Origin: Veleropilina oligotropha
Taxonomy: Eukaryota
Length of the DNA stretch: 64,000 bases
Assembly: GCA_048128005.1 (NCBI GenBank)
Contig: JBEUKZ010000137.1
Location: 62,001 to 126,000 of the forward strand
Direction: 5' to 3'
The translations under genes and the position numbers were made by a program. Each line of letters begins with the position of its first letter. The first letter of the stretch is position 1. Below are positions 1 to 12,914 of this stretch, piece after piece. The notes below the pieces were generated by a model that saw only the letters and a list, made by a program, of their open reading frames with translations, searched no databases and was not told the origin of the DNA.

Positions 1-846
1 GACAATACGCAAGTTACGAAAATCTGATGGCAGTCGCGTGTGTGGTTGAATGGATCAAATCTATATTTCATATGCCGAAATACGAAGCTATTTGTGAATA
101 TTTAGGTATATGCAATGTATTTGCGTTGTTTTCTTAGTGTTTAGTGGCGACTTTATATACGAAAAATGCGCAAAATATTTTTCAGTAACGTAATTTATGT
201 TACGGACATCCAATGTCTGCCGGGTATGATTTTAATAGGGCAAATCTATATTTAATATGCCAAATAAGTAGTTATTTGTGAATATTTAGGTACATTAATA
301 CGTAAAGTATAAATTTGCGTTCCTTTCATGGTGTTTTGTTGTGATTTTATACGAAATACGCAAAATATCGTACAATCCGCAAGTTACGGAAATCTATAAT
401 GTCGGTCGCGTGAGTTCTTGAATGGACCAATTCTATATTTAACATGCCGAAATAAGTAGCTATTTGTGAATATTTAGGCGACCGACATCAGATTTCCGTA
501 ACTTGCGTATTGTCCGATAATTTGCGGATTTCACATATAGTCACAACTAAACACCACGAAACAAATACATATTAGTATTACATATTATGCCTAAATTTTC
601 ACAAATAACTACTTATTTCGGCATGTTAAATATAGATTTGGTCCATTCAACCACACACGCGGCTAACATAAGATTTCCGTAACTTCCGTATTCATTGTCC
701 GATAATTTGCGGATTTCACATAAAATCATCACTAAACACCACGAAAACAACGCAAATACATTACAATACATATACCCAAATATATACAAATAACCACCTA
801 TTTCGGCATATTAATTAAGTGTAGGTTTGGTCCATTCAACCACACG
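1..846. repeat. Foldback-like array of diverged ~185-bp units: about three direct units, then about two inverted units
   Basis: The motif ...tatgccgaaataagtagctatttgtgaatatttagg recurs at ~70-108, ~255-290 and ~443-478. Its reverse complement occurs at ~590-625 and ~775-810. Orientation switches near 480. Confidence 0.7.
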
Positions 847-1947
847 TGCTATTTGTAATCACGGTTTGACAGGATTCAATTAGGCAGTAGCCTGCTATCC
901 AATTGTAGTATATATATTTGTTTTGTATTTATATCATGATTATTTCTACAAATAAAATATGTTTAAACGAATTGATTGAAGTCACGCCTTCGAACCAGCG
1001 TAATCACTACGTACTGCGAGTTAAATGGATTTAACACAACTATCTTCACAAGAAAGCTACTCGTCGATTGGCACATGTTATATAGTGACATCACATAGTT
1101 AACGACTAAAGATATGGTATCGGTCAACATTTCGCAAATTATAATATTCGGTTACTTTCGTGAGATTTTACGCCTGATTCCAGCTCTTCGTCATTTCAAG
1201 TTCTGTCCGCCTCACGCCCCCGTGTATACTATATACCGTATACCAGATTATACCGTACAGGTGTTGTCAGTTTGACGAAACATAACTAATAAAGTTTATA
1301 TAAAATAATTATATGAACGTTATAAACCATTTTAGCCTTTGTCTGAATTGCTGGTCTCATTTATTTATAAGAACAAATTCATCGAAATAACGCAAATGAA
1401 TGTTATTCCGTAATACATCTTATCTACATCTACTGGTCGCGATAGTTATATATATATATAATTATATGCAATATATATAATTATATGCGATATATATAAT
1501 TATATGCGATATATATATAATTATATATGACTGATTCTCACGAAAATGTATGAGATTTGGTGCATTTCAGCCAATATATTTTATTATAATTTAAGTATGT
1601 TATCTCAGTGTGTTTTATTTTATTCTAGCATGTCTAGAATTATAAAAATGTATACTTTTGATTAATTTACAAGACATGGGCTTTTATATTTATCTACATA
1701 AAGTACAAATCCACATAAATGCATCCATAACACAGGGATTAAATACAAATAAACACCATTTTCAATCTATTTTTGAAGCATGTCGGGTATTTTACAAGTT
1801 GAAATTACTTTGGGGATATCAGCGCAAAATCTTTGAGTAATAGTAAAACGTGTACGTATAGTTCGTGACACCGGTTAAAAATATAAGTTGACAATTAGCT
1901 AACATCTTTCGCTATTTTTATAGTTCGTGACACCGGTTAAAAATATA

Positions 1948-2229
1948 AGTTGATAATTAACTAACATCTGTTGCTATCTTTCTTTAGGTACTCAACACTT
2001 TACTAACGACCTTCCCTAAACTAAATTAGTCACGAGGGAGATCCCTAATGCACCCAACCGCGAAGACTACCATTCTGTGAAGAATCGGCCAGCTGTTCTG
2101 TGCCACCACAACATTGCTTTTCATGCTGATAAATCCTTATGGTAATTAATGATTACACAGATGTACATTGACCAAAGAACATATAAGGCTCATCCGCATA
2201 ACATTCGGAGTATGAAGGATTTAAAACTG
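1948..2229 (+). repeat. Diverged direct repeat, copy 1 (partner at 10553-10850)
   Basis: Colinear shared blocks: ctaaattagtcacgag, aaccgcg, tgtgcca, tgctgataa, acacagatgtaca, aaagaacat, taaggctcat, agtatgaag. Confidence 0.7.
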
Positions 2230-2289
2230 GCCAAACTAAATTGGAACGTTATGCGATAAACCAATTATATATGTCACTATTTTCATCAT

Positions 2290-2521
2290 TCCCACGCCTC
2301 CTACTTAGCCATTGGCTGTTAAAATATTTGCGCGGTCAAGTCGCACATGCGCAGAAGCGAACCATTCTGAGATTTACGCTGCATGCAGCCTGAACAGCTC
2401 GCCATTTTATTCCAGCTTTAGAGTGGACAACGTTTGACCGGGAAATTTGAAAATTTGTTCGAATTCAGTTAGCTATTATTTGTTGATTCAGAAGCCACTC
2501 CGAAGTAATACTAAGGTAAGT
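2290..2521 (+). promoter_or_regulatory. Candidate host housekeeping-type promoter and non-coding first exon
   Basis: ATTGG (reverse CCAAT) ~2312, NRF1-like GCACATGCGCA ~2343, YY1-like CGCCATTTT ~2400, consensus donor AAG|GTAAGT at 2513-2521. Confidence 0.4.
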
Positions 2522-2938
2522 AACTCGTTGTAAATATTATGTAGCATACTCTGAAATTGTTTATATATTGAAACACAAATGCTTAGCTTTATATATATCA
2601 TGTTTACCCGTTGAACTAGAAGTGTACGAAGAGTAGTTGATTCCAAGTCGTTCGTATGTTCTAACCTGACAACCGATGAACGGTCCAACCACACACAAAT
2701 ACTTTTAAAGTTCATATGCAAAGATATCCTAAAATGGTTTAATTGTCAAGAAAACAGTCCGAACTTACTTCAAAAAATATTTGGGCATTTTTTATTGTTT
2801 ATTTTCGAAAATTGGAATAAAAATACTTCATGCTGTGCAACGCCCCTTTTTTTACCAACTCTGTTGTCTACCCTGTTGTGACGTCAGCGTTGGCCAGCGC
2901 AGAATACAGGCCATTGAAATACTGTTGTAAACAATAGA

Positions 2939-3200
2939 GTAACTTGTGCTTTTGGCTGTCAGAACAACAAAAGCTTACACAGCAGAACCATGAATAGTAA
3001 TTTCGGGAAAAAATGAATGACGAGAATATCGAGAACAGGTTCGGTGCCAAGTAAATACGCTATAAATTAATGTGACGATCACTGACTGTTTGTCAGACGA
3101 CGCATTTTACGGAGACGTGTTGTTGTGGAAAGCGTTTGGTGAAATCTTCTTTGGCGGACAAAACGCAATGTTACAGAAAATATACCACGGAAAGCTTATA
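2939..3200 (+). pseudogene. THAP zinc-finger remnant (N-terminus of Kolobok transposase)
   Basis: VTCAFGCQNNK (C-x-x-GC-x-N) directly inside the left TIR and VCQTTHFTETC (C...HF) near 3088-3120. Interrupted by stops and frameshifts. Confidence 0.5.
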
Positions 3201-5454
3201 TATACACTGTATTGGTAAGAACTAAAAATTTCTTACTGTTTTTCGTATTTTTACCCCACACATTAGTTCATTTCAAACTTGATCGTACCCCGTCAAACTT
3301 CATCGTATCCAGTTAGCGGCGGCGCGGCCCAAGGCGATCGATCATGCTTGACAAGCATGTCACGCATATAAATATAAATCGATAGATTATCTCTCCTTGT
3401 GTTATTTTAAGAAATAATTTTAAAATGTTGTTAAATTAATATATCTAACGTGAATTTAAAGCTAAAATGTAACCAACTAATCTGTCGTCTGCACTTCCGC
3501 ATTCCGTAATCAAGGGGAAGAACTCGTGATTCGATCGCAATATAAACATACATTTTTCAGCGATAAAATTATAATTTCTTCATTTCGTCTTGAAGACTTC
3601 ATATTGGCATTTTTAATCTAACTGATTGGAAATGTTATTTATATAGTTTATCCCTAATTAATATGAAATCGGAGATTTAATTCGAAACAAATATTAAAAT
3701 ACGAATTTTTTAAATTTTAGATATTATTTTTTGTCTCCACTACGACACTGCTAAAATAAACGGGAATGAATTATCATTCCTAATGCTTTCCAGGGTCTTT
3801 GCCAGCACATGAGAGATGGAGCTGGTTGGCGACTCACTCCCACCACCACCCCCCCCCCCCCCCGCCCACACACACACATTTTATGTAGCAATATTTTGTC
3901 AACTAAATAATTATGCTTACTCAAAACGTTTGGAGTAAATGGTTCATAAATGTTGGAAATATCGCGTTTGCACTGTCATAATGCATGATGAGGGCCAGGG
4001 GGGGGATCACATCGTTAATTGTCAACATTTTCCATTTCTTTCCACGTGGAGTCTCGCCCATCATTTCATCACCCCACCACACACACACACTTTCAAAAAG
4101 CCTCTGCATCATAAAGGTGCTTTCTTCAGTGTAGCATGATGAGCCAAAATGACATGATCAAAATAACGTGTTTTAATGTTTATTATTTAATGAGTTAATA
4201 ATATGTTGGCCGCTCCGATAGTCGTGTGGTTTCGGTTGCAGATCTCCGAAAATCACTGGCTAAACATGTGCGGTCCATGGGGGTCGGACCCCCCCCCCCT
4301 TGATGGACCAAGTGCTCTTTTGCCTTGGCCATTAAAAAAACTCAATGTGTAACTGTTAGATTGTGAAAAAAATGAAAAATTACCCATACATTTGAGTGAA
4401 AATGGTTCATAAATGTTGGTAAGAAATCTTGCTTGTGCCCTATCAGAGTGCAGGAGGAGGTTTCAGGCTGTTGATTGTCAAAATTTATATGATAGTATAT
4501 TTTATGAAAGTCTGTTAATAAATCGAATGAATTGAAATGATTTTGAATACTTGTCAAGTATGTATGTACAATATTGCTGCAATTGTCTCAATATAGAATA
4601 TAAACTGATTGACTAATTAAAATGTTCCGTAATGCATATGATTTGAAAATATATTTTTGGCTTTTTCAGTGAAACATCTGAATTGAAAAGATGCCCAAAA
4701 CAGATGCATGCTGTTACATCACTGGCTGCTACATACTATAGTATACCAAATCAACTTCCTGAAACAATCATTAAGTAAAAGTTGACATGATCGTGCTCAT
4801 ACTCTACTATATCGTGGAAGAGTGTAACAGAAACAAGACTGTTCAATAGAATGAGGCACAGACTTAAAATGTCCAAAGCATTTGCCTTTAATTATTGCGC
4901 CAGTCACACAATAAATTATGATGGGGAAAAAATCAAGAACTGGAAATAGCAGAGCTAACTATTATAGCAATAGTAATAAAACTAAGTTTTCTTTAATAAA
5001 TAAATTATCCCAAATCATTTAAGGAATTTTTACTTTTGGCGCGCCCTTTAGTGCACGGTCAGGAATTTATACTTTTGGCGCACCCTTTAGTGCAATCCAG
5101 CAGTATCCCTTACACATCTACAATTATCTCCTTTGCTCTATTGCACTCTAGGGAGTCTATGTCACCTGGTTAAAGACCACTCCAGGCGGCGAGTGAAATG
5201 AGCCTCACCATTGTTACACTCACACCCGTCGGTCTACATTGTTCGGATCTAGCCTGAGACTAGTATCCCCCTTATCTACAGTATCCCAAATCTTTTATTT
5301 GTTATGAATTTGGCAAAATGTGTATGAAAACATGATATGATGCAACTATTCACTTCATTGCAAATGATACACACCATTTTTGCCATGTCGGTTATTGAAT
5401 TTAGTAACACTTGGATTTTGCTAAATCCTCTGGGTAGGTAACCGTTGCTCTTAA

Positions 5455-5705
5455 TAGTTAGCCGTGTGGTCTAGATTGCTATCTCAAGTTACTGGCTTGA
5501 CTGCTCTAACAGGATTGCGATCGCATATCAGTTGGAGAAATGATCATCTTTGTTCAGACTTCAGTAACAGTTGTCCATACCTGGTCGAATACGATGGGTT
5601 TTGTTGAGTGACCGAGATTTCCTCCCACGATAATATGAACATGTCCTGATTTGAATCTGAAGTTTGTAAATAAGCAGGATATTAAGCTTTGATCCAATCC
5701 AAATC
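5455..5705 (+). mobile_element. tRNA-derived SINE, diverged (same family as 53570-53825)
   Basis: A-box-like TAGCCGTGTGG; shared blocks actggcttga, cagttgtcc, tttcctccc-cgataa, acatgtcct, tgtaaata-caggat. Confidence 0.55.
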
Positions 5706-7434
5706 ATCATGAAGTCATCATTTTAAGTCCAGGATAAGTAATTGAAGGGTTTGTCACAGAGTTTATCCTAAAATTGAAAATAGTGCAGTTTACTACTAGT
5801 ATTGCTAGTACAAAACTTATCTGGTATTCATAAACTTAAGTTCTAGCTTAATCAATGATGATATGAAAAAATAAATGCAATGATGTTTAACAACCACGAG
5901 AACAATGTTTCATTCTAAATCGAGTCAATAAACGTTGAGTAATGAAACGGAGAGATGCTGTGTGCAATGGAAAGGTTCCTGACACACCAAAGATGGAATT
6001 AATGTTTCGAACTCCACTCACTCCAGCTACGTAACCACTCGTGACTCGTCACCAACCACAACATCCCCTCATATATGCCTGAAGAATATATAATAATTTA
6101 TCTCACTTCAGTAGTTACTTCCGAGTCTATTTGAGTCTTCAGCTGAATATATTAATTGTGTCACTACCAGCTAAGATCAAGACCTCTCCAGGAAGGGATT
6201 CATGATTCGAATCCCATCATATCGCATGTGTTTCTAATAATTAACATCTGGCTTTAAAATAATATACGTATAATCATCCAGAAAGTCGTCACATCGTTTT
6301 AATAGCATGAATATACAGCATGATTAAATGGAAACTTCAAGAAAAGTTATCACAATTACTGTATGTCAAGTTATATAATATACCTTCTATACAATCGTAA
6401 AGAACATAATCCACTGCAAAGGAAAATTGACGATTTTAGTTAAATATCTCTATAAAATGATCGATCCCAGATCTTCCAGGTGAAACATATTTGTAAAGTA
6501 ATCCAAACGAGTCCCTCTGCCTCATGCTGCTAGAGGATGCAGTTCAGAGTTGCCTGTGCGTGACATGATGCATCTGCATGACAGTTTACATTGCACATGT
6601 ACAGCCGACGTTCAGAATTGTGTCATCCAATATCATCGTGCTGCTACAGGATGCAGTTCCGAATTATCTGTACGTGAATGACAGTTAAGAGTTTACTTTT
6701 CACTAGTCAGGAAACTGATGAAGTTCATAATTGTGTCATCCAATATTATTCATCTCGAATGTCTACAAAAAAATAATGCAGTGATATTTAAACAATATTA
6801 TAATATTAGAATCAATAGGAGTCGGTATCATTTGTCTTATCTATGTTATCATGGACAGGAATGAGGGGAAACATGACATATGTGATGAAACATAGAAAAA
6901 GTTTATGAATTAAACGTGTAAAAAAAGTAAGGCCTCAAGCGACCAGAGGTGTCACACTGTAATGGAAACTCGGTGAGGCATCGCTCACTATCCGAAAACC
7001 TCGTCACAACTGCCTGGTAGTCATGGCACTTGCACTCTGTACCAGTTGGCTTTATGGTACAGTTGCCACAGTGACACCTGTAATGAAAGAATACCAGAAT
7101 ATCTATCTAAACTGTTTAGTTACTGGTACTTAATTTTAGGTTTATTTTTCACAAAACAGTGACGGAGCAATTAATTGGAATTGGAAAATAGTGTATCTAT
7201 TTATACATGTCATAGGCCTACTAGGAATATTCAATAAATTCAAATTGTATATTATTAACTTCAGAATAATATGCTAGAAATGCGAACAAATTTTAATACA
7301 AAAAAACTGAAAAACATTCCAGTCATTGTTGATGTGTCTTGCATATAATTATATAATACGATGTTCCGGCTAACGATGTTGTTGTCAAAATTACAAGGAA
7401 AATGCATTTTCATTATATGATTTGTGCATTATAA

Positions 7435-9654
7435 AGCCGGCCCTACACTTTGTGTTGCGTCTGCCTATCCTGCCTTGGTGCAGACGAAGCACGGACGCAA
7501 CACAAAGTGTATGGTAGTTACGCTGCATCTGCATCACGTTTTTGGTCAGAATCTGTAGCAGCGCAGACGCAGCGCAGAATTTCGAGCATGTTCGAAAATT
7601 ATCGGTGTCAGCGCAGACGTAACGTGACGCAGACGTAGCGCAGACGTACATGTATGTGTGTTACGCTGCGTCTGCGCCGCGTTTCGCTGACGGTTGCGTC
7701 AGCGCGTATGTGCAGTGAGAACCGGGAAGTCACGAAGCATGAATTAACATCAATGTCTGCTTGTTATGTTCTGACAAATATTCTGATTTTGATCAGGTAT
7801 TTCTACTGTGTCTCACTGGTTCATGCTTGGTGCTTGTCTGAAGAGTGTCTTGGGAGCTACCTCCGTACTGAAAGGTGGTAATGGAGTGGACTGATGCCAT
7901 GGAACATTATCTGTACTTTTTCCAATGTTGGTCCATCCCGCCATGATCCGGGCTGAATCTGAGTGGTCTCTGGGTCTTCAACATCCATCATGTGAATGTC
8001 GTTCCTAGGGGCTCGAGTGCGCAAGAAATTGTGTAGAACACAACAGGCAAGCACTACCTTTTCTGCTGTACCGGGTTGTAACAGCATGGGAGTGAGCATC
8101 ACTCGAAATCTGCTGGCCATTATCCCGAATGCATTTTCTATCACACGACGTGCACGTGATAGCCTGTAGTTGTAGATGTGCTGGTAGTCGCTGAGATTCC
8201 TGAATGGATAAGGTTTCATAATCTTTTCCCCAGGGGGAAGGCATCATCCGCCACCATTTGATAAGGCATGGGGGTGTCATCATTGGCAAAAGGTTCATCT
8301 GGTGGGATATGCAGAGTGTTCTCTTCCACAGCATTTCGCAGGGCAGTGGCTGCATAAACACCGCCGTCCGATATTCTTCCGTTCGTTCCAACATGCACAA
8401 AGAGGAAGCGATAGTAAGCATTTGCAAGTCCCATTAATACAATCGAGAATGAATGCTTGTAGTTGAAGTATGTAGATCCCGATTTATTTGGCTGACGCAG
8501 GACTACATGTTTTCCGTCAAGGGCCCCCAAGCAATTGGGGAAATTCACACTATGTGCCACATATTTGTAATGCCTTATTTTAAAATGTTACTTTGCAAAT
8601 TATGACAGTTGCATTGGTTAGTATGTAGAGGGCACATTGTGTGCCATATATAAGTGCATTTTGGAAGTTGTTACTGTTCACATTGCATGTGCCATGTGGC
8701 ACCTTCACTCGTGCCTCAGGTAATTCTATGCCTATTGATTGGTGCTACACTTGTGACCATAAACACTGCAAATTCGGTGCTATGTTTATATACTGAGTCT
8801 TCCTCATCCACCGTAAAATCATTGCGTGTTGTTGTTTTCCATATTTTACACTGATAACTGATTTGGTATGCGAATCTCTTCAGTCATTATTCATTAATCA
8901 TGCAAGACCTTTTAAATGATACTAAATCATTACTATGATTCAGATATGTCATTCTCATGGAAATTCAAACATGAATACATTTATAGACAAGTGCAATTGA
9001 TGATATATTGATGATATTTCTTGTTTTCAGGAGAATGAGGATGAAGGGTCGACATAAGCATGACCTAATCAGAAGCCTATTCAGCCATGGTCACATTAGA
9101 AAAATAAACATGACTTGCTCATTATTACCTAAAATCAATGAATGTCTTTTGCCTTGTATGTTTTTAGTTCTCACCTTCATGTATTCTTCACAGAGTACTT
9201 TGTAAATAGCATCACATGTCTCTGGGATAATCTTTCCAATAGTCGAGGCAGCGACCCGGAACAGAAATTCCTGGCTAACATATGCGTTCCCTGCAAAATC
9301 AGATAGATCATATTATGATACAGATGCAATATGACATCCCGACAATGATGGCAATACGTAAATTGTGGAGGATTGACAACATAGAAATACTTGCGTAGCT
9401 TACCAGTTGCCAGGAATCTCAAAGTAAGAGCCAGTCGTAATGCTGCAGGTATGGCTGCCCTGAAGGTGGTATCCTTCCTTGAAATCAGAGGCTCAACTTT
9501 TTCCAGCAACTCCTTGAAGAGATCAGGGTGCATGCGCTGGAAAGACACATATCCAGGAATATCCTCACTTTCTAGTTCACGCAGCAATGTCTCATGGGCA
9601 CCATATAGGAGACGACGTTGTATCCAAGGTCTCACCCAGAATCTCCTCCTCAGT
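7435..9654 (-). mobile_element. PIF/Harbinger transposon remnant, 5'-truncated, inside the KolX intron
   Basis: Candidate terminus TAA|AGCCGGCCCTACACT at 7432-7449, GCGTCTGC/GCAGACGC subterminal repeats at 7460-7700, HARBI1-type transposase; the other end was not found. Confidence 0.65.
7857..9654 (-). pseudogene. Harbinger (HARBI1-like DDE_Tnp_4) transposase pseudogene; exons 9654-9404, 9290-9175, ~8550-7857
   Basis: FWVRPW, LRFLATG|gt..ag|NAYVSQEFLFRVAASTIGKII..YMK|gt, NFPNCLGALDGKHV (D), YFNYK, VADDAFPL (D), RVIENAFG (E); frameshift near 8220. Confidence 0.85.
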
Positions 9655-10552
9655 CTAAACTATGAAAATGCTCGAAATATGAACGTACCAATCCAAGCAG
9701 CATCGGGATGTGGGCTGGGCTGTTATTAGTGTTATCTGCAACAGACGACAGACTCCGTCGGAGCTCCCATGACAGTTTTTACCCGAACGGCGTGATTCGT
9801 GCGCATATGGCTTCAAAGAATACCTTTTCACCATGACACGCACACTTTCCTGACTTTCTATGTCACTGTCTGACATCATTTATGTTATAATTATCACTGA
9901 ATCACATCCCACTAACAACGACCGCCAACAGTATTTCAATGGCCTGTGTTCGGAGCTGGCCAACGCTGACGTCATAACAGGGTAGACAACCGAGTTGGTA
10001 AAAAAAGGGGCGTTGCACTGCATGAAGTATTTTTATTCCAATTTTCGAAAATAAACAATAAAAAATGTCCAAATATTTTTTGAAGTAAGTTCAGACTGTT
10101 TTCTAGAGAATTAAACCATTTTAGGATATCTGTGCATATGAAACGCAAAACCATTGCATATGAACTTTAAATATTTTAGTGTTTGATCATGATCATGAAA
10201 TTATGAAATAATATATATAATATTTATGGCGCCGCATAAAATATATATACTTCACATAATATATATGAGAGCTTAATGAAAGTCAGGGAATATTTCTGCA
10301 TCGTTAAGTAATACGTTTCGGTGGTCATGTGCGCCACATGTGTATAAACATGTACCATATTTAGAGATTAAATTATAATAAAATGAATAAATTATTAAAT
10401 ATGACTACACTGATCTACCAGTGATATATACTACTTGAGGGTCTTGCTTCGATATTATAATATTTCTTCGTAATCCGATTAACTGTCTTTGAACATTATT
10501 TTTAAGCCCGAGACTAGCTTCAGTCCGCTTCACGTCTGGGTTGAAACTATGT

Positions 10553-10850
10553 GTTGATAATTACCTAACATATTTCGCCATTTTACTTTGCTCCTTAGCA
10601 ATTTACTAACGAACGACTTTCCTCAAAGCTAAATTAGTCACGAGAGAGATCCCAAGGCACCGAACCGCGGAGACTCTCAATTCTTTCGGTGAAGAATTTC
10701 ACCAGATGTGCTGTGCCATCACAACAATGTTTTGCGTGCTGATAACTCATTATGGTACTTAATGATTAGGCCTACACAGATGTACAATAAAATTAAAGAA
10801 CATCTAAGGCTCATGTTCAAAACAATCGAAGTATGAAGATTTTAGATCTG
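10553..10850 (+). repeat. Diverged direct repeat, copy 2 (partner at 1948-2229)
   Basis: Colinear similarity with 1948-2229. Confidence 0.7.
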
Positions 10851-11502
10851 AACACACGAAAATGATGATTTTAGGCGATATTATTCCCGTACATGACACA
10901 TGCAGAATAAATGTAATTACCACCACATTTTTCAATGCACACCGGAAAGTATTATTTAACCAACCTATATGGATGGATTGATGCTTAATATCCTGTAACA
11001 TTTACCATCATAATGTTCAAACAAGGCATGGCGTGTCCATAAGTATCGAGGGTGGAAAGCCCCGTCGCTCGGGAAACCAACCCTTTGTACTTGAAGCTGT
11101 ATCACGAGTGATTGAGCAATGCACCCAAATGAGAAGATTATTAACGGACTAGCTGGTTTTTTTTTGCCCGACAACGATGTTTTCCATGCTAAGCAATCCT
11201 AGCGACCGTCTGTGTAGACGTAGGCCTACGTTAAAACAAAGAACATATTATGAATATCATACTTGTACAACTCGTTATAGCTATTTTAGACCTTTGACTA
11301 TTACAAAGCAAGACTTTTCGATAATAACTGATGAAATTTTTACCCATCGATCAATAACATGAATTGCATTTATCGCGACCATTTTAGTGTGTTACAAATC
11401 ACAGCACAAGTGCATAAGTGGGTGCCACACCTCACGATTTTGATTTCTATGTAGAACAGATGTACGAGTTGACGACCCCTTTGGCAATTTTTTAGCCTTA
11501 AC

Positions 11503-12706
11503 AGTAGTAGGATGGCCCCTTTAGGGTCAGATTAGGGTTCTAACCCTAGGTTTTGGGCGTTTCCCCTAGCCCTAACTAGGTCAACCCTAACTAGGTCAAC
11601 CCTAACCCTAACCCTCCATAACCCTAATTGGGTCAACCCTAACCCTCCCTAACCCTAATTGGGTCAGCCCTAACTAGGTCAACCCTAAGTGGGTCAACCC
11701 TAAGTAGGTCATCAACCCTAACCCTAATTGGGCCACCCCTAACCCTAATTGGGTCAACCCTAATTGGTATGCCTGACCCAGACCCTAACCCTAATTGGGT
11801 CAGCCCTAATTGGTATGCCTAACCCTAATTGGGTCAACCCTAACCCTAACCCAAACCCTAACCCTAATTGGGTCAGCCCTAATTGGTATGCCTAACCCTA
11901 ATTGGGTCAGCCCTAATTGGTATGCCTAACCCTAATTGGGTCAGCCCTAATTGGTATGCCCACCCAAACCCTAACCCTAATTGGGTCAACCCTAATTGGT
12001 ATGCCTAATCCTGACCCAAACCCTAACCCTAATTGGGTCAACCCTAATTGGTATGCCTAACCCAAACCCTACCCCTGACCCAAACGCTAACCCTAATTGG
12101 TATGCCAAGCCCTAGCCCTAGTTGGTATGATGGTATGGTCTAGTATGGTCTACTATGTTAGCTAGTATGCATTAGTTTGGTCTACTAGGCACTAGTATCG
12201 TCTATGTTAGCTGCTATGTTAGCTAGTATAGTCTAGTATAGTCTAGTATGTTAGCTAGTTTGGTCTAGCTGGTATGCTAGTCTTCGTTCAGTTCTATTTT
12301 TTATCTGGTCAAGTATGGTCTAGTATGCTAGTCTTCGTGCATTGTTCTATTTTTTATCTGGTCATGTATGGTCTAGTATGCTCGTAGTCTTCGTGCATTG
12401 TTCTATTTTTAGTAACAGTTCTGGTCATGTATGGTAACGTCATGGAACATGTCTTGTCATGTAAGTTCTGGTCATGTTTGAAAACATGTTTGAGTTATGT
12501 CATGAGTCATATTTCTGCGACTGTCTGCCATTGTTTTTTATTTCACGGATAGAAATAGCGGCCATTTTTAAAAATGGGGGTCATATTTCAATGCTATTGT
12601 CATATAATTCTCCACCCATTTTTAAATTTGGCATTATTAATAATCTCTATTTTATAATCACCATATGATGATCACAGTATAAATTCTCAGTAGTGACCAC
12701 GACTGG
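11503..12706 (+). repeat. Polinton left TIR (~1.2 kb) with CCCTAA-rich tract at ~11542-12120
   Basis: Reverse complement of 41376-43488 once two insertions are removed from the right copy. Confidence 0.92.
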
Positions 12707-12716
12707 ACTTGTTTGG

Positions 12717-12878
12717 TGACGTCATGGATCATGTCTTGTCATGTTTGAAAACGTGTCTGGACTTGTTTGGACATGTCTGGACATGTTCTATTTTTAGTAA
12801 CAGGGGTGACGTCATTTCTATTTTTAGTAACAGGGGTGACGTCATTTCTATTTTTAGTAACACTTTTACCTATAAATA
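12717..12878 (+). promoter_or_regulatory. Polinton rightward promoter: tandem p53-type half-sites, 30-bp repeats with MEF2 and CRE sites, TATA box
   Basis: GGACTTGTTT GGACATGTCT GGACATGTTC at 12759-12788; CTATTTTTAG at 12788, 12818, 12848; TGACGTCA at 12717, 12807, 12837; TATAAATA at 12871; ATG at 12915. Confidence 0.65.
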
Positions 12879-12914
12879 GCCATCTGGAGCGGAGAGGTCA
12901 TATTAAGGAAAGCC

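Larger units (their letters stand above)
6930..9879 (-). pseudogene. KolX-like Cys-rich (P2X7 C-terminal-like) second Kolobok gene; exon 1 9879-9689, exon 2 7077-~6930
   Basis: Exon 1 MMSDSD...LKPYAHE...CLD(TG)|gtacgt splices in phase to cag|G-TGT, giving W-CHCGNCTIKPTGTECKCHDYQ...RCLTEFP. This matches the WCxCGxC...ECxCC...CxT pattern. Confidence 0.65.
2709..10166. mobile_element. Kolobok DNA transposon, decayed
   Basis: TTAA TSD (2705-2708 and 10167-10170), 5'-AG...CT-3' termini, ~220-bp TIRs (2709-2927 / 9926-10166), THAP remnant from the left end and convergent KolX exons from the right end. Confidence 0.8.

Noticed and set aside
11542..12120. True telomere or chromosome-fusion scar
   Set aside because: The repeats are internal to TIRs bounded by AGTAGT termini and a 6-bp TSD, and are mirrored at the other end of the element.
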